A stretch of DNA of 64,000 nucleotides from positions 3,879 to 67,878 of the forward strand of contig JBDKUX010000093.1 of the NCBI GenBank assembly GCA_039679455.1, in the 5' to 3' direction. Shown here piece after piece: positions 1-10,123 of the stretch (the stretch's first letter is position 1; each line of letters begins with the position of its first letter). The DNA is from Smithella sp. GTDB lineage: Bacteria > Desulfobacterota > Syntrophia > Syntrophales > Smithellaceae. The position numbers and the translations under genes were made by a program. Below the pieces are notes generated by a model. That model did no database searches and was not told where the DNA came from. It saw nothing but the letters and a program-made list of their open reading frames with translations.

Positions 1-1410
1 CCGGGGGTCATGCCACTTTACACTGAGATTGCGGTTGCGTATTTGCCGCCGGATAAAGTCCTGTTTCTCATAAGTTTCGGCTGGCGAAATCTGGCGGTGC
101 CATTGAAAAGGAGTGTGCGGTTTGGGAACAAATGTAGAAAGACCGATGGTTACCTGTCCGCGGTGTTTAGCCGTCCGCAGCGCCTGATAGCTCAGATCAA
201 TGATACCCTCCAGATCTTCCTGTGATTCCCCCGGCAGTCCGATCATAAAGTAGAGTTTGACGGACTTCCAGCCGGCGGTAAAAACCTTGTCGATTGTGGC
301 CAGCAGATCAGCAGCCGTGTTTCCTTTATTAATAGTCCGGCGCATTTTGTCCGTTCCCGCCTCCGGAGCCAGTGTAAAGCTGGTTTTGCGGGTGCGTTTG
401 ATTTCGTCGATTAATATTCCGGTCAGTGTCTCCACCCGTAGGGACGGCAGCGCCAGAGCAACACGGTCGGCATGATACCGGTTCATCAGGTCTTTTAATA
501 AAGTTTCTAGACAACTGTAATCTCCGGAGCTCAAAGCTAAAAGCGATATTTCGTCGTATCCCGTTTTGGCGAGCGATTTTGCCGCCATTTCCTGGAGCAG
601 GGACGAGTTTCTTTCCCGGTATGGCCGCCAGAGCATTCCCGCCTGGCAAAAGCGGCAGCCGCGGGTACATCCGCGGGCTATTTCCAGGATAATGCGGTCG
701 TGGATGGTTTGCATTAAAGGGACAACGGGGGCAAGCGGATATGGCCAGAGGTTGAGATCAGCCACGGCTCTTTTTTTAATAATGTTGTTTTTGTTATAGA
801 CGGCGGGAACATAAATACCGGGAATTTGCGCGAGCTGCAAAATGGATTCCTGCCGGGAGAGCCTGTTTTTCTTGCCGGCCCGGATGGCATCGGTAATTTC
901 CGCGACAACTTCTTCACCTTCACCGATGACAAAGGCATCTATAAAATCAACCAATGGCGCCGGATTAAAGCAGCAGGGGCCTCCCGCAATTATCAGCGGA
1001 TCGCCGTCACGGCGCTCAACGCGCTGGAGCGGAACGCCGCCCAAATCCAGCATGGTTAAGACATTGGTGTACGACAATTCATATTGGAGAGAAAATCCGA
1101 CAATGTCAAAATCCTTCAAAGGTTTCAGGGTTTCTAAAGAAGTAAGGGGCAGCCGGGATTGCCGCAGCTGCTTTTCCCGGTCCGGCCAGGGAGCAAAACA
1201 TCTTTGCGCCGCTACGTAGGGAATTCCGTTTAATATTTCATAGAGAATCTTTAAGCCCAAATGCGACATGCCGACTTCATAAGTATCCGGGAAAGCGAGA
1301 AGAAAATTAATTTCGGCATTGTCTTTGTAAACGGAATTGACCTCTGCGCCAATGTAACGGCTGGGTTTGTCGGCGGCAAGCAAAAGTTCGTCGAAGTTAT
1401 ACTTGATCAT
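1..1410 (-). CDS. TIGR03960-like B12-binding radical SAM protein (N-terminal part; runs off the window start)
   Basis: Missing from the ORF track. Read manually from ATG 1410: MIKYNFDELLLAADKPSRYIGAEVNS...LLAFPDTYEVGMSHLGLKILY. CxxxCxxC motif EIARGCTRGCRFCQAG at ~640-690. Start overlaps the upstream stop (ATGA). Confidence 0.85.
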   Translation of the reverse strand, partial: MIKYNFDELLLAADKPSRYIGAEVNSVYKDNAEINFLLAFPDTYEVGMSHLGLKILYEILNGIPYVAAQRCFAPWPDREKQLRQSRLPLTSLETLKPLKDFDIVGFSLQYELSYTNVLTMLDLGGVPLQRVERRDGDPLIIAGGPCCFNPAPLVDFIDAFVIGEGEEVVAEITDAIRAGKKNRLSRQESILQLAQIPGIYVPAVYNKNNIIKKRAVADLNLWPYPLAPVVPLMQTIHDRIILEIARGCTRGCRFCQAGMLWRPYRERNSSLLQEMAAKSLAKTGYDEISLLALSSGDYSCLETLLKDLMNRYHADRVALALPSLRVETLTGILIDEIKRTRKTSFTLAPEAGTDKMRRTINKGNTAADLLATIDKVFTAGWKSVKLYFMIGLPGESQEDLEGIIDLSYQALRTAKHRGQVTIGLSTFVPKPHTPFQWHRQISPAETYEKQDFIRRQIRNRNLSVKWHDPR

Positions 1411-1799
1411 GCTTCATCATCTAATCTGTATTGATACTTATAAGGATTTTTCCTGATGTCCCGAAGCAGTGACAAAGCATATTTGGCGTCAAAATTCTCT
1501 GTTCCGAGGTAATTAAGCAGGTTTTTTTTGAATATGTTGATTAATTCCTCACGGACGGCGTCGCTTCTCTCTTTTTCGACAAAAGTTCTTTCCTCTTTAT
1601 TTTCGAAGACAAGTTTGTCGCCAAAAATTTTTTTTACATCCTGATAATCCTGTGAATTCTGGAAAAAAGACTCTTTTAAGTCGATATCGATTTTAAAGGC
1701 AACCTCAACTTTGACCGTATCCGCGGCAATAGGGCGCGATAAATCGTCAATAATCAACTTCAGTCCGTTGGGCAGAATTATTTCTTCGATCAATTTCAT
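1407..1799 (-). CDS. hypothetical protein, 130 aa
   Basis: Clean ORF with GAGGAG RBS, translationally coupled to the radical SAM gene. Confidence 0.75.
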   Translation of the reverse strand: MKLIEEIILPNGLKLIIDDLSRPIAADTVKVEVAFKIDIDLKESFFQNSQDYQDVKKIFGDKLVFENKEERTFVEKERSDAVREELINIFKKNLLNYLGTENFDAKYALSLLRDIRKNPYKYQYRLDDEA

Positions 1800-1997
1800 T
1801 AATATGCAATCTCCTCTGATCTTTACTTAAAGGCGCAGTCTCTTAACATTTTTAAGCTTGACCTGCAACGCCAATCCTTCTATAAGTTACCCCCATTTGG
1901 GTAATAACTCTATTTATTTTTATTATGAAGAGGCTGTTTCTATGAGTAATGTTAATGTGATCTTGCTTTTATCCTGTGCCGACCGCAAAGGAGATAT

Positions 1998-2810
1998 ATG
2001 AATAATAATTTAGTTGTCCTGTGCCAGCCTGATGAACGCAAGTCATGCGGCGCCTGCTGCGGTCTTTATAATTACGTGGATAGTTCCCGTGAATCGCTGG
2101 AGAAGAGATTGCGCGGCCGCACGAAACGTTTCCGCGAACTGGTGAAGGATCAGTCTGATCTAAAGCGCTACGCCGAGGCCACATTCGCCTGCGAAGATTT
2201 TACACCAAGGTACGAAGTTATATATTGCTGCGAATATCTCGGTTTTCTGGACGCGGCGGAAAAAAAAGTCGGCTGCCTGTTGCATCCGATGCAGAACTCC
2301 GGTGTAGATATGCGTTCCGTTTCTTTTTACGGACAGGAAACCTGCGCGGGGCATATCTGCCCGAGTCATCATTTCATTCCCCGCAATCAGTCGCAGATTC
2401 TGGTTAAGATTATTGATGACTGGTATCTTTTCGGTCTTTGTCTGACGGATATTGATCTGGTAGTTGAGTATTTCAAAATGCTGGCCGATAGGATAGGTGA
2501 GGAAATCAAGCCGGAAGTGTTTGACAATGAAATGTTGAAAAATATTGCCCTGGAGTTTTTTAACTGGAAAATAAACTGGCCTTTCCGCTCGGAAGATACC
2601 AACCGGCTGGGGAAATATTATTTTGACGGTTCGCAGTACATGATCAGTTACATTGACTATGAAAAATTAGGCCGGGAGATCTCGCCCCTGGATAAAATTT
2701 TTATGAGCCTTTCTTCGAACTTTACCGATGCACAGGAACTGGCCGTAGCGGAAAATCTGATTATGGACAATGTCCGCAAATTTATCTCTGCATATCGGGA
2801 GCTTGTTTGA
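1998..2810 (+). CDS. Cys-rich hypothetical protein, possibly metal/Fe-S binding
   Basis: AAGGAG RBS; motifs SCGACCGLYN, CCEYLGF, GCLLHP, CAGHICP. Confidence 0.7.
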   Translation: MNNNLVVLCQPDERKSCGACCGLYNYVDSSRESLEKRLRGRTKRFRELVKDQSDLKRYAEATFACEDFTPRYEVIYCCEYLGFLDAAEKKVGCLLHPMQNSGVDMRSVSFYGQETCAGHICPSHHFIPRNQSQILVKIIDDWYLFGLCLTDIDLVVEYFKMLADRIGEEIKPEVFDNEMLKNIALEFFNWKINWPFRSEDTNRLGKYYFDGSQYMISYIDYEKLGREISPLDKIFMSLSSNFTDAQELAVAENLIMDNVRKFISAYRELV

Positions 2811-2886
2811 TTTCCTATTGACAGGCAACTCATATTTTGTCTAATGTAATCCGTAAATAATCTAATAAACTGAGAGAATTTATTTA

Positions 2887-3414
2887 ATGGATAAAATGCA
2901 CAAAGAAATCCTTTTTTCGCGGGATGAAATTCAAAGGAGGGTAGGGGAGATAGCCTCTCAAATTTCCACCGATTACAAGGGCCGTGAATTAATAGTTATA
3001 GGTGTTCTTAAGGGCGCCTTTATTTTTATGGCTGATTTAATCAGGGCGATGAGCATTCCCTGTAAGGTTGATTTTGTCCGGGTGGCAAGTTACGGTGCGG
3101 GACAGGAAAACGCAGGCAGGTCGGTCCTGACCAAAGACATCGAAACATCAATTAAAGGCCGGGATATTCTGATTGTGGAAGACATAGTTGATACGGGATT
3201 GACATTAACATACCTGGTTAATTGGCTGAAAGAACGAAATCCCGCCTCTCTTAAGGTATGCGCATTTCTGGATAAACGGAGAAGAAGAAAAGTATCCTTT
3301 GAAGCCGATTATGTTGGTTTTACAATAGATGATGGTTTTGTCGTTGGCTATGGACTTGATTTTAACGAGCAGGCAAGGTTTTTGCCGGAAGTTTATATAA
3401 TCAAACAGCAATAA
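2887..3414 (+). CDS. hpt: hypoxanthine phosphoribosyltransferase
   Basis: GVLKGAFIFMADL, PRPP motif LIVEDIVDTGLTL, FVVGYGLDF. Confidence 0.95.
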   Translation: MDKMHKEILFSRDEIQRRVGEIASQISTDYKGRELIVIGVLKGAFIFMADLIRAMSIPCKVDFVRVASYGAGQENAGRSVLTKDIETSIKGRDILIVEDIVDTGLTLTYLVNWLKERNPASLKVCAFLDKRRRRKVSFEADYVGFTIDDGFVVGYGLDFNEQARFLPEVYIIKQQ

Positions 3415-3428
3415 ATTGAGGGAGAAGA

Positions 3429-4385
3429 ATGATAATTCAATGCAGTCAGTGCCGGACTAAATATCGTTTTGCTGATGAGTTGATGGAAGGCGACGGTGTA
3501 TGGATGCGGTGCAGCCGTTGTCAACACGTTTTCTTTCAGGAGAATCCACACATTGTCAAGCCCGGCATTGAGCCGGCAGTGAAGGAAGAGCAGCCTTTAG
3601 AGGAGAAAACAATGTCTCTGAGCAAAGCGCCTGTGTCCGGCGGCGATGAGGGCGCCGAGCTTTTCCTTGACGATGTTATGAGGGCAAAAATTGAAGCGGA
3701 CAGGGAAGAAATGCCCGAAATAGAAAAGACTGTACATGAAGAAAACATTGAAGAAGAAAGTATGCCGGATATTGAGTCGGCGGCGGAAAGAGACAATCAA
3801 AAAGCAGTAAAATCATCCCGTAAAAAGATCTGGAAAATATTGGCGATAGCCATTTGGATCATTGCGGCAATCGTCGTTATTCCGGCAATTATCTATTACT
3901 TTGTTTTCCCGCAAATGGGAGACCGTCTGCTCAAGGTTGTCAATCAATATATTGATATTGGCGTTCGTGAGCCTGCGCGTCCTGAAATTGTTACAGGCCA
4001 GGTAAAGCTGCAGGATATAAGGCAACGGATTTTAAATAACTTTATTTTAGGACCAATCCGTGTTGTAGAAGGCACAGCCGTGAATCAGGCCGATTATCCT
4101 GTCTCCCGGATAATTATTAAAGGTGAAATTGTCGACGCCTATGCCGTAGTATTGGGGGAAAGGGCGGCCTATGCAGGGAATGTTCTAACTGATGAAGAAT
4201 TAACGACATTGCCGGAAGAAGCAATCATCAGCAAACTTTCTCTCCCGGAAGGAGGCAATAATTCCAATGATAAAATTGCGCCGAATGGAATGATTCCTTT
4301 CATGATTGTGTTTGCCCGCGAACCGGCAGGTGTGATTAAAACGACAGTCAAGGTTGCGGGAGCGGAGCGCCTGCTGTCCAATTAA
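3429..4385 (+). CDS. MJ0042-type zinc-ribbon / DUF3426-like membrane protein
   Basis: N-terminal CSQC...CSRC zinc ribbon, acidic linker, single TM helix, C-terminal IPFMIVF domain. Confidence 0.8.
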   Translation: MIIQCSQCRTKYRFADELMEGDGVWMRCSRCQHVFFQENPHIVKPGIEPAVKEEQPLEEKTMSLSKAPVSGGDEGAELFLDDVMRAKIEADREEMPEIEKTVHEENIEEESMPDIESAAERDNQKAVKSSRKKIWKILAIAIWIIAAIVVIPAIIYYFVFPQMGDRLLKVVNQYIDIGVREPARPEIVTGQVKLQDIRQRILNNFILGPIRVVEGTAVNQADYPVSRIIIKGEIVDAYAVVLGERAAYAGNVLTDEELTTLPEEAIISKLSLPEGGNNSNDKIAPNGMIPFMIVFAREPAGVIKTTVKVAGAERLLSN

Positions 4386-4426
4386 CAAATTCTGATTAAC
4401 TTTCCCATCGTTTGATAAATACAGAA

Positions 4427-4452
4427 GAAGGCGCTTTGGCCAACGCGCCTTC
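4427..4452. terminator. hairpin between convergent genes
   Basis: GAAGGCGC...GCGCCTTC 8-bp stem. Confidence 0.5.
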
Positions 4453-4494
4453 CTGGAAGAAAATACAGCGTGCTGCTAAGTTTCCGCAAATCCC

Positions 4495-7488
4495 TTAATG
4501 TGCTATCCCGGAAGCAGTGCCGCTTGTTATCAATGAAGCATTGTAAGTTCCAGCAGCTCCGCCTTCAAATTTGGTGGAACCGTTGAATCCGCCGGTTCCG
4601 TTTTGGATATTTGCCGTCCATCTGTTGCCTGACCACTGTTGTATCAAAAAGTTGGCTGAAAGTCCGCCGCCCGTCAGCGGTACGGTTGTTGTGCCCGGAA
4701 CTACGGCGGGACAATTTCCTGTAACGCTGTTGGACGCCCATATCCGTGGTGCGGCTCCTGACGAATATGCATAGAAATTCACATTGTTGATGCTGATATT
4801 ATTGGAACCGGCGGTCCCGGATAACGTTGCCGTTCCTACTTGTACGTAGGGGACATTCAGAGAGGCCAGCTTTGCTCTGCCTGCATCTGTTGAAGCCAGA
4901 TCTATGAAGGCTGCAGTTTCAATTCTCGAGATGAGGCTCGTTGCATTCCAGGTAGTGGTCGAATCATAGGTTCCTTTAATAGTTCCGCCAAAAACGTAGG
5001 TTGACGCTGATGTCCAGTTCGCGCCGGCGCCGGCGATATTGCCTTGGAAATAACCGCCGGTGCCCGCGGTGTAGGTGGAGTCAAAGTTTTGTACATACAC
5101 ATATTCGATTCCTGCCGAGGCGGCCAGATTATAGCTGAAAGCCGCATTGCCTGTTGGAGTTCCACTGTAATTACCGGACACAATGGTTTTTCCGACGCCA
5201 AAAAACGAATTGGAAAAGCTTAACTCGTTTGTAGTTAAACTGGTCAATAGCAGGTTGGGGCCGCTGCTGATCAAATTGTTGACGGAAGCCCCCATTGTAA
5301 AGGTAGCAGGCGAAAGCGCTGCCAAGATATTTGGTGTTATTGCTGTACCTGCCGCCAGTTGAATACGGCTTAATGCACCCTCAGCCTCGAAACCCGACAT
5401 ATCAGTATAAACAGTGCCGGCAATATTGCCGCGCAGGATGCCAATATTGCCGGAAACGTCTGCGTAAAGCCCCTGAGCATCCGTGCTGAGTATTCCCGTA
5501 CCTGACGGCGGCGCCGTAATCAAAGTATTCGTGTAGCCTTTATAAGCTCCGCCGCTGTCGTTTGTTAAGATTCCACCGCCTGCATAATTTTGACTTTCCC
5601 AACCTCCGGAAATAATATTGTAAACATTGGAAACAGAATATTTGCCGGCCATTGCCACCGGTACGGAGGTATTGGTCCAGAGACTATATATTGATCCCAT
5701 AATGCCGCTTAACGGGGATGACAGTTCATTGGCGAAGGCCATCGGCTGCAACTGGAAAATACCGCTGCTGATGGATGTATAGTTATTCGAGTTGTCATAG
5801 TAGCCGAAATGATTCATGGCTAACTTGCCGTTATAAAGCGTGCTCAGATAAAGAAAATCACCGCTGAGGCTAACGTCCTTTGCTCCCGGATCTACTGCGC
5901 CGGACAGGTCTTTGCTGTAAAGAACTGCTTTTTTAATTGAATCGCAAATAATCACGCGATTATTGCTGAAACTGGTAAAGTTGCCGTCGTTGTAATAAGA
6001 GCCGTTGTAGCTGGAACTGCCCCAAACGCCGATTTTGCCGCCGCCGATATCAATGCCTCTGGCCTCACTTTCGCAGGTTGCACTGCTGCAGCTGAGATTG
6101 GCATATCCTCCGGCGGAGGGAATATAAATATTGCCGAACGCCGGTACACTGACATCGGCGAAAGTGCTCAGGCCGAGTGTTGTTGGGGTGAAGCCGGTTG
6201 CGGCTACCGGCGCATATTTGTAAGCCAGACCGGAGCCGGAAAAGGTGCTGGGGGCAAATGTTGCGGTAAGCGGTCCCAGCAGAAAGCCCGCCTGTCCGTC
6301 GCCATTTACATATATTGTGGAAACAAGCGCTCTGGCGCCGGTTTGGGATGCATTGGGCAATCCCATCATATAGCCGGAGATGCCGGAAATAGTCGATGAA
6401 CCGTTTGTAATGCTGCCGTCAATCAGGCCTGCCCCCGGATAATCGGCGGTGCCATACATTCCTCCCGAGACAGTTAAGGAGAAGGTTGTACCGCCATCGG
6501 TCGTTGTTCCATTGATGGTGCCGCCGCCGTCGATTGTGTGATCAAAAGATGCAGCCGGAGTTATGTTCAGGCTAAGAGTATCAAAACTCTGAAGCGGCTG
6601 AACCGGTGGCGGTATTACCATCGCTGTCGTCAATGAAGAAGTAGTTGGTGAAGGAGGCGGTGTGTCACTGGTGCTGCCGGATGTGTCGGAACTGTTGGAA
6701 CTTCCCGAATCACCCATGCTGTTCGAATCGCCGGCACTGCTTGATGTATCGGAGCCGCCGGAGCCGCCTGTTCCAGCGGAACTGTCAGAAGAACCCGAAC
6801 CGCCTGTAGAACCGGAGTTGGCTGAATCATCACTTCCCGAATCACCCGGATCACCCGATGGCCTGGATATTTCCGTGGCATTTTTCATTTCGTCGAGTTG
6901 TTGATTGGAAATATTCCTCAGTTGCGCTCCCAGAGCAGGGCCGGGGACAAACATGCCTTGACCGGCGGTTATTGTTTTCACATCTTTAGAATTATTTTTG
7001 CTGTAACCGTAGCCGGTGCCTTCCTGAAATATTGATCCCGACGCCCCTGCCAGGTAGAAGTTAAAGAAATGAGTTCCCCGGACGCCGCAGACGGATGTCG
7101 GCGTGTGTACTTCATAGCGGCCGCCGGCAGAGCCGACGGTCTTAACTATATTTTGAATTTTTCCACGAAAAAGATTGAAGACACTGGAATTTTGTTTTTT
7201 ACCGGACATATATTCCGTAATTCCCACCCGGCTGTTTTCAGCCATCCGTAATATATTGCCTTCGTTAAAGGTGATTTCAACTTTGGATTTACTTTTGGTG
7301 CGGATAAAATCGCCGACATTAACAGCTTCGCCCGGAAGAGCATTGCGGGCGGCTTTCCCTGCCACCGTTATGTCTACATTGCCCTGTATATTTGTAATCT
7401 TGCCTACGGGCGCCGTCTGAGCAGCCACAGGAATAAGGAATAATATGGCTGATAAAACTGCGGCCAAGAGATTTTTTTGTTTCGTCAA
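4495..7488 (-). CDS. secreted FecR-domain protein with Ser/Gly/Asp linker and long beta-rich C-terminal region
   Basis: Signal peptide; FecR signature (GDFIRTKSKSKVEITFNEG...EVHTPTSVCGVRGTHF); low-complexity linker; G/S/T/N-rich beta region. Confidence 0.8.
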   Translation of the reverse strand: MTKQKNLLAAVLSAILFLIPVAAQTAPVGKITNIQGNVDITVAGKAARNALPGEAVNVGDFIRTKSKSKVEITFNEGNILRMAENSRVGITEYMSGKKQNSSVFNLFRGKIQNIVKTVGSAGGRYEVHTPTSVCGVRGTHFFNFYLAGASGSIFQEGTGYGYSKNNSKDVKTITAGQGMFVPGPALGAQLRNISNQQLDEMKNATEISRPSGDPGDSGSDDSANSGSTGGSGSSDSSAGTGGSGGSDTSSSAGDSNSMGDSGSSNSSDTSGSTSDTPPPSPTTSSLTTAMVIPPPVQPLQSFDTLSLNITPAASFDHTIDGGGTINGTTTDGGTTFSLTVSGGMYGTADYPGAGLIDGSITNGSSTISGISGYMMGLPNASQTGARALVSTIYVNGDGQAGFLLGPLTATFAPSTFSGSGLAYKYAPVAATGFTPTTLGLSTFADVSVPAFGNIYIPSAGGYANLSCSSATCESEARGIDIGGGKIGVWGSSSYNGSYYNDGNFTSFSNNRVIICDSIKKAVLYSKDLSGAVDPGAKDVSLSGDFLYLSTLYNGKLAMNHFGYYDNSNNYTSISSGIFQLQPMAFANELSSPLSGIMGSIYSLWTNTSVPVAMAGKYSVSNVYNIISGGWESQNYAGGGILTNDSGGAYKGYTNTLITAPPSGTGILSTDAQGLYADVSGNIGILRGNIAGTVYTDMSGFEAEGALSRIQLAAGTAITPNILAALSPATFTMGASVNNLISSGPNLLLTSLTTNELSFSNSFFGVGKTIVSGNYSGTPTGNAAFSYNLAASAGIEYVYVQNFDSTYTAGTGGYFQGNIAGAGANWTSASTYVFGGTIKGTYDSTTTWNATSLISRIETAAFIDLASTDAGRAKLASLNVPYVQVGTATLSGTAGSNNISINNVNFYAYSSGAAPRIWASNSVTGNCPAVVPGTTTVPLTGGGLSANFLIQQWSGNRWTANIQNGTGGFNGSTKFEGGAAGTYNASLITSGTASGIAH

Positions 7489-7560
7489 TGCCCGTCTCCT
7501 CGCACGTTTTTTGGAGAAAAGTTTCTAATTTTATTATGGTTTGTTTTCGTCCGGGCCTGT

Positions 7561-9171
7561 CTAAAACTTAAATTCCAGGCCAATGTTGTATAAATTACGC
7601 GTATATTCATAGACGGGAATATTGGAGTCCGATTTAATATGAGTATATTGCAAAATACAGCTCCAGTTTTTTGTTATATCCCAATTTAATCCGGCGGAAG
7701 CGGTGTAGATGCGATCTTTTCTGCAACCTGATTTTACAGATCTGTCTACCTCCGAGTATGGTTGCGGATAAGAGTAATTTTGCACCGTATAACTGCCCGC
7801 TAACTGCAGGTACATGAAGCCTATTTTCTGGGCCAAATTATCGGATAACATTGGTAAAACCAGATTGGCTGCCCAACGGTTGGTAGTGTTGTCCCAATAA
7901 CTGCCGTCAGCGTTTTCTTCGGCCACTTCGTAACGTAAATTAAGAAAGCCGTTATTCCGGTAAAACCACATCCAGCTCAAATATGCTCTGGGGCCGTCGG
8001 AGTCCCGTATGCTGTCATTGGATGTAATTACCTGGTTGAAATAGTTTTTCTTGTCGTAACCGGCAAAAACTTCAAGAATCTGACTTTCCGTCAGCATTAT
8101 TTTAATTATTGGACCGCCTGTGTAATAATTTTCGTAGCGTTTATATCCGGCATTGCCGTCCGGTGAGACATCGGAATCCGTTCGGAGTAAGTAACCGGTA
8201 TAACTGCCCAGTATGCTTATGGAATAGCGGCCGAAATTGTATCCGGGTATTACGGATAAAGTATTCACCAGGGAATCACGGGAATGAACGTAATTCTGGT
8301 TCAAAGTTGCCGAAGAGGTGTACATGGCGTTGAAAAGCCAGGAACTTTCCAGGCGGGGCACGTATTCGATTCGCAATGACGGTGAAAAGATTCCGGAACC
8401 GGGATCGCCGATTCCACCGGCTAGACTATCATACGGAGGTTTGGAAACGACGTTGGAGTCATAGCCGGCGGAAAGACCCAGGGTGACGCGCAAAGGTCTG
8501 GTATAGAAAAGACTGTTTTCAACTGCTTCTAGGTACTGACGGGCGTAACCGGCCAAATCGGATTTGGGATCATAGGAAGCTGTTGCCTTGAAACGTTCCT
8601 GAGCGTTTTTATATTTTCGGGCGTTCATGTAGCACAAACCAATCTGGTAATCGGCTGTCTGTGCCAAATTTTTATCCAGCAGTTTTGCTTTTTCAAATGC
8701 TTCAATAGCCGCCGTATATTTTCTTTCCTGTGCCAGAATCATTCCTTCCAAAAAGGCAATGTTGGCGGGGGCAATGTTTTGTTCCTGAGCGATCTTGATC
8801 CATTTTTTTGCCTCGGCTAATTTATTTGAATGATAAAGAATATCTACATATTCCACCAGGGCTTCTTTTACTGCCGGCTTCAGTTTTAATGACGCTTCCA
8901 AATTAACGGCAGCCTTATCGTAATTTATTGTCTGTTTATAGGCCATTCCCAGGAAAAAGGCAGCCATCGAAGATTGGGGGTCCTGCGCTCTGGCCTTTTC
9001 CAGAATTTCGATTGCTTCTTCATAATTTTCAGCCTGGTATTGCTTTATACCTTCTTCCAGGAAAGAATTGTTTGTCGGTAAAGGAGGATTGGTTTCCTGG
9101 CAGAGAGGGGCGGAAATAGGAAAGAAAAGAAAAAAGAAAGAAAAAAAGCAAAATGATATTATTTTCTTCAC
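7561..9171 (-). CDS. TPR-containing outer-membrane beta-barrel protein (Slam/DUF560-like)
   Basis: Signal peptide, several TPRs, GYDSNV at barrel start, alternating beta strands, C-terminal LEFKF BAM-type signal. Confidence 0.75.
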   Translation of the reverse strand: MKKIISFCFFSFFFLFFPISAPLCQETNPPLPTNNSFLEEGIKQYQAENYEEAIEILEKARAQDPQSSMAAFFLGMAYKQTINYDKAAVNLEASLKLKPAVKEALVEYVDILYHSNKLAEAKKWIKIAQEQNIAPANIAFLEGMILAQERKYTAAIEAFEKAKLLDKNLAQTADYQIGLCYMNARKYKNAQERFKATASYDPKSDLAGYARQYLEAVENSLFYTRPLRVTLGLSAGYDSNVVSKPPYDSLAGGIGDPGSGIFSPSLRIEYVPRLESSWLFNAMYTSSATLNQNYVHSRDSLVNTLSVIPGYNFGRYSISILGSYTGYLLRTDSDVSPDGNAGYKRYENYYTGGPIIKIMLTESQILEVFAGYDKKNYFNQVITSNDSIRDSDGPRAYLSWMWFYRNNGFLNLRYEVAEENADGSYWDNTTNRWAANLVLPMLSDNLAQKIGFMYLQLAGSYTVQNYSYPQPYSEVDRSVKSGCRKDRIYTASAGLNWDITKNWSCILQYTHIKSDSNIPVYEYTRNLYNIGLEFKF

Positions 9172-9305
9172 GAAGATACTCCAATTTAAAATAAATAATC
9201 AAAAATAACAAATTGATACAAGCTTGTTAGTAATATTCAAACATGATTTATAAATGTTTGGCAGGATTAAAAAATTGATTTTCCTAAGCAATGTTTATAG
9301 AAAAA

Positions 9306-9321
9306 AGCAAAATAGGTGCCA
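9306..9321 (-). promoter_or_regulatory. sigma54 (-24/-12) promoter of the TPR/FecR operon
   Basis: Minus strand TGGCAC-CTATT-TTGCT, exact consensus GG-N10-GC, ~135 bp upstream of the start. Confidence 0.8.
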
Positions 9322-9456
9322 TAATTTACAAGTTTTACCAGCCAGAGAACGTAACTCGTTATAAGAACTGGGAAAATTTTCAGTAGCGCATGTCTTTGGA
9401 TTTGCCGTAAAAAAACCCGGTTATTAGGTTGGAATGGTTGATTCGGTTTAAAGCCG

Positions 9457-10095
9457 CTATTTGATAGCGATGTGATTTTGAATACTTATTCTGCTGATTA
9501 CGCCCTCACGCAGGATTTGCGGAGGGTCGGTTGTGACGTCTATTATTGTGGAGCCCCTGCCGCCCGCCGTTTCACCCAGGTCAATGATAGCGTCAACTTT
9601 CTGTCCGATTTGGCGGGCAACTTCAATTGCGCTGGAACATTCGGGGGCGCCGGATAAATTGGCGCTGGTAGCCGTGAGAGGATGGCCGAGTTTTTGCGCT
9701 AACAACATTGCGCCTCTATGGCTGGAAATTCGTATGCCGATTTTACCGGTTTGCGCCGTCAGGAGAGACGATACTTTGACGGAAGCTTTAAAAACAATGG
9801 TCAGCGGGCCCGGCCAGAATGCCTTCATTAATATTACCGCTGCCGGGGGTACTCCATCGACAAGCGGGTGGAGATTTTCTTCTCTGTCAATGATAACGGA
9901 AATCGGATTGTGAAAATTTCTGCCTTTCAGATCGTAAATTTTCCGGATTGCTTTTTCGTTTGCGGCGTTCGCTCCCAAACCATAAAATGTTTCGGTAGGA
10001 TAGGCGATGATGCCGCCTTTGGCTAAAATTTCGGCTGCGCGGGTTAAAACGCATTCTTCCGATAAGTTTGCCGCGACTTTCAGGATTTCCGGCAT
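9457..10095 (-). CDS. tsaC: L-threonylcarbamoyladenylate synthase (TsaC/YrdC)
   Basis: IAYPTETFYGLG, FWPGPLT, TATSANLSG, STIID. Likely start ATG 10095; the longer ORF runs into the repeat element. Confidence 0.9.
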   Translation of the reverse strand: MPEILKVAANLSEECVLTRAAEILAKGGIIAYPTETFYGLGANAANEKAIRKIYDLKGRNFHNPISVIIDREENLHPLVDGVPPAAVILMKAFWPGPLTIVFKASVKVSSLLTAQTGKIGIRISSHRGAMLLAQKLGHPLTATSANLSGAPECSSAIEVARQIGQKVDAIIDLGETAGGRGSTIIDVTTDPPQILREGVISRISIQNHIAIK

Positions 10096-10123
10096 GAAAT
10101 GTTTACCATGGTTTCTAATCTTA

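Noticed and set aside
6600-6870. Repetitive GC-rich DNA
   Set aside because: Explained by the Ser/Gly/Asp linker of the FecR protein; not a CRISPR or tandem array
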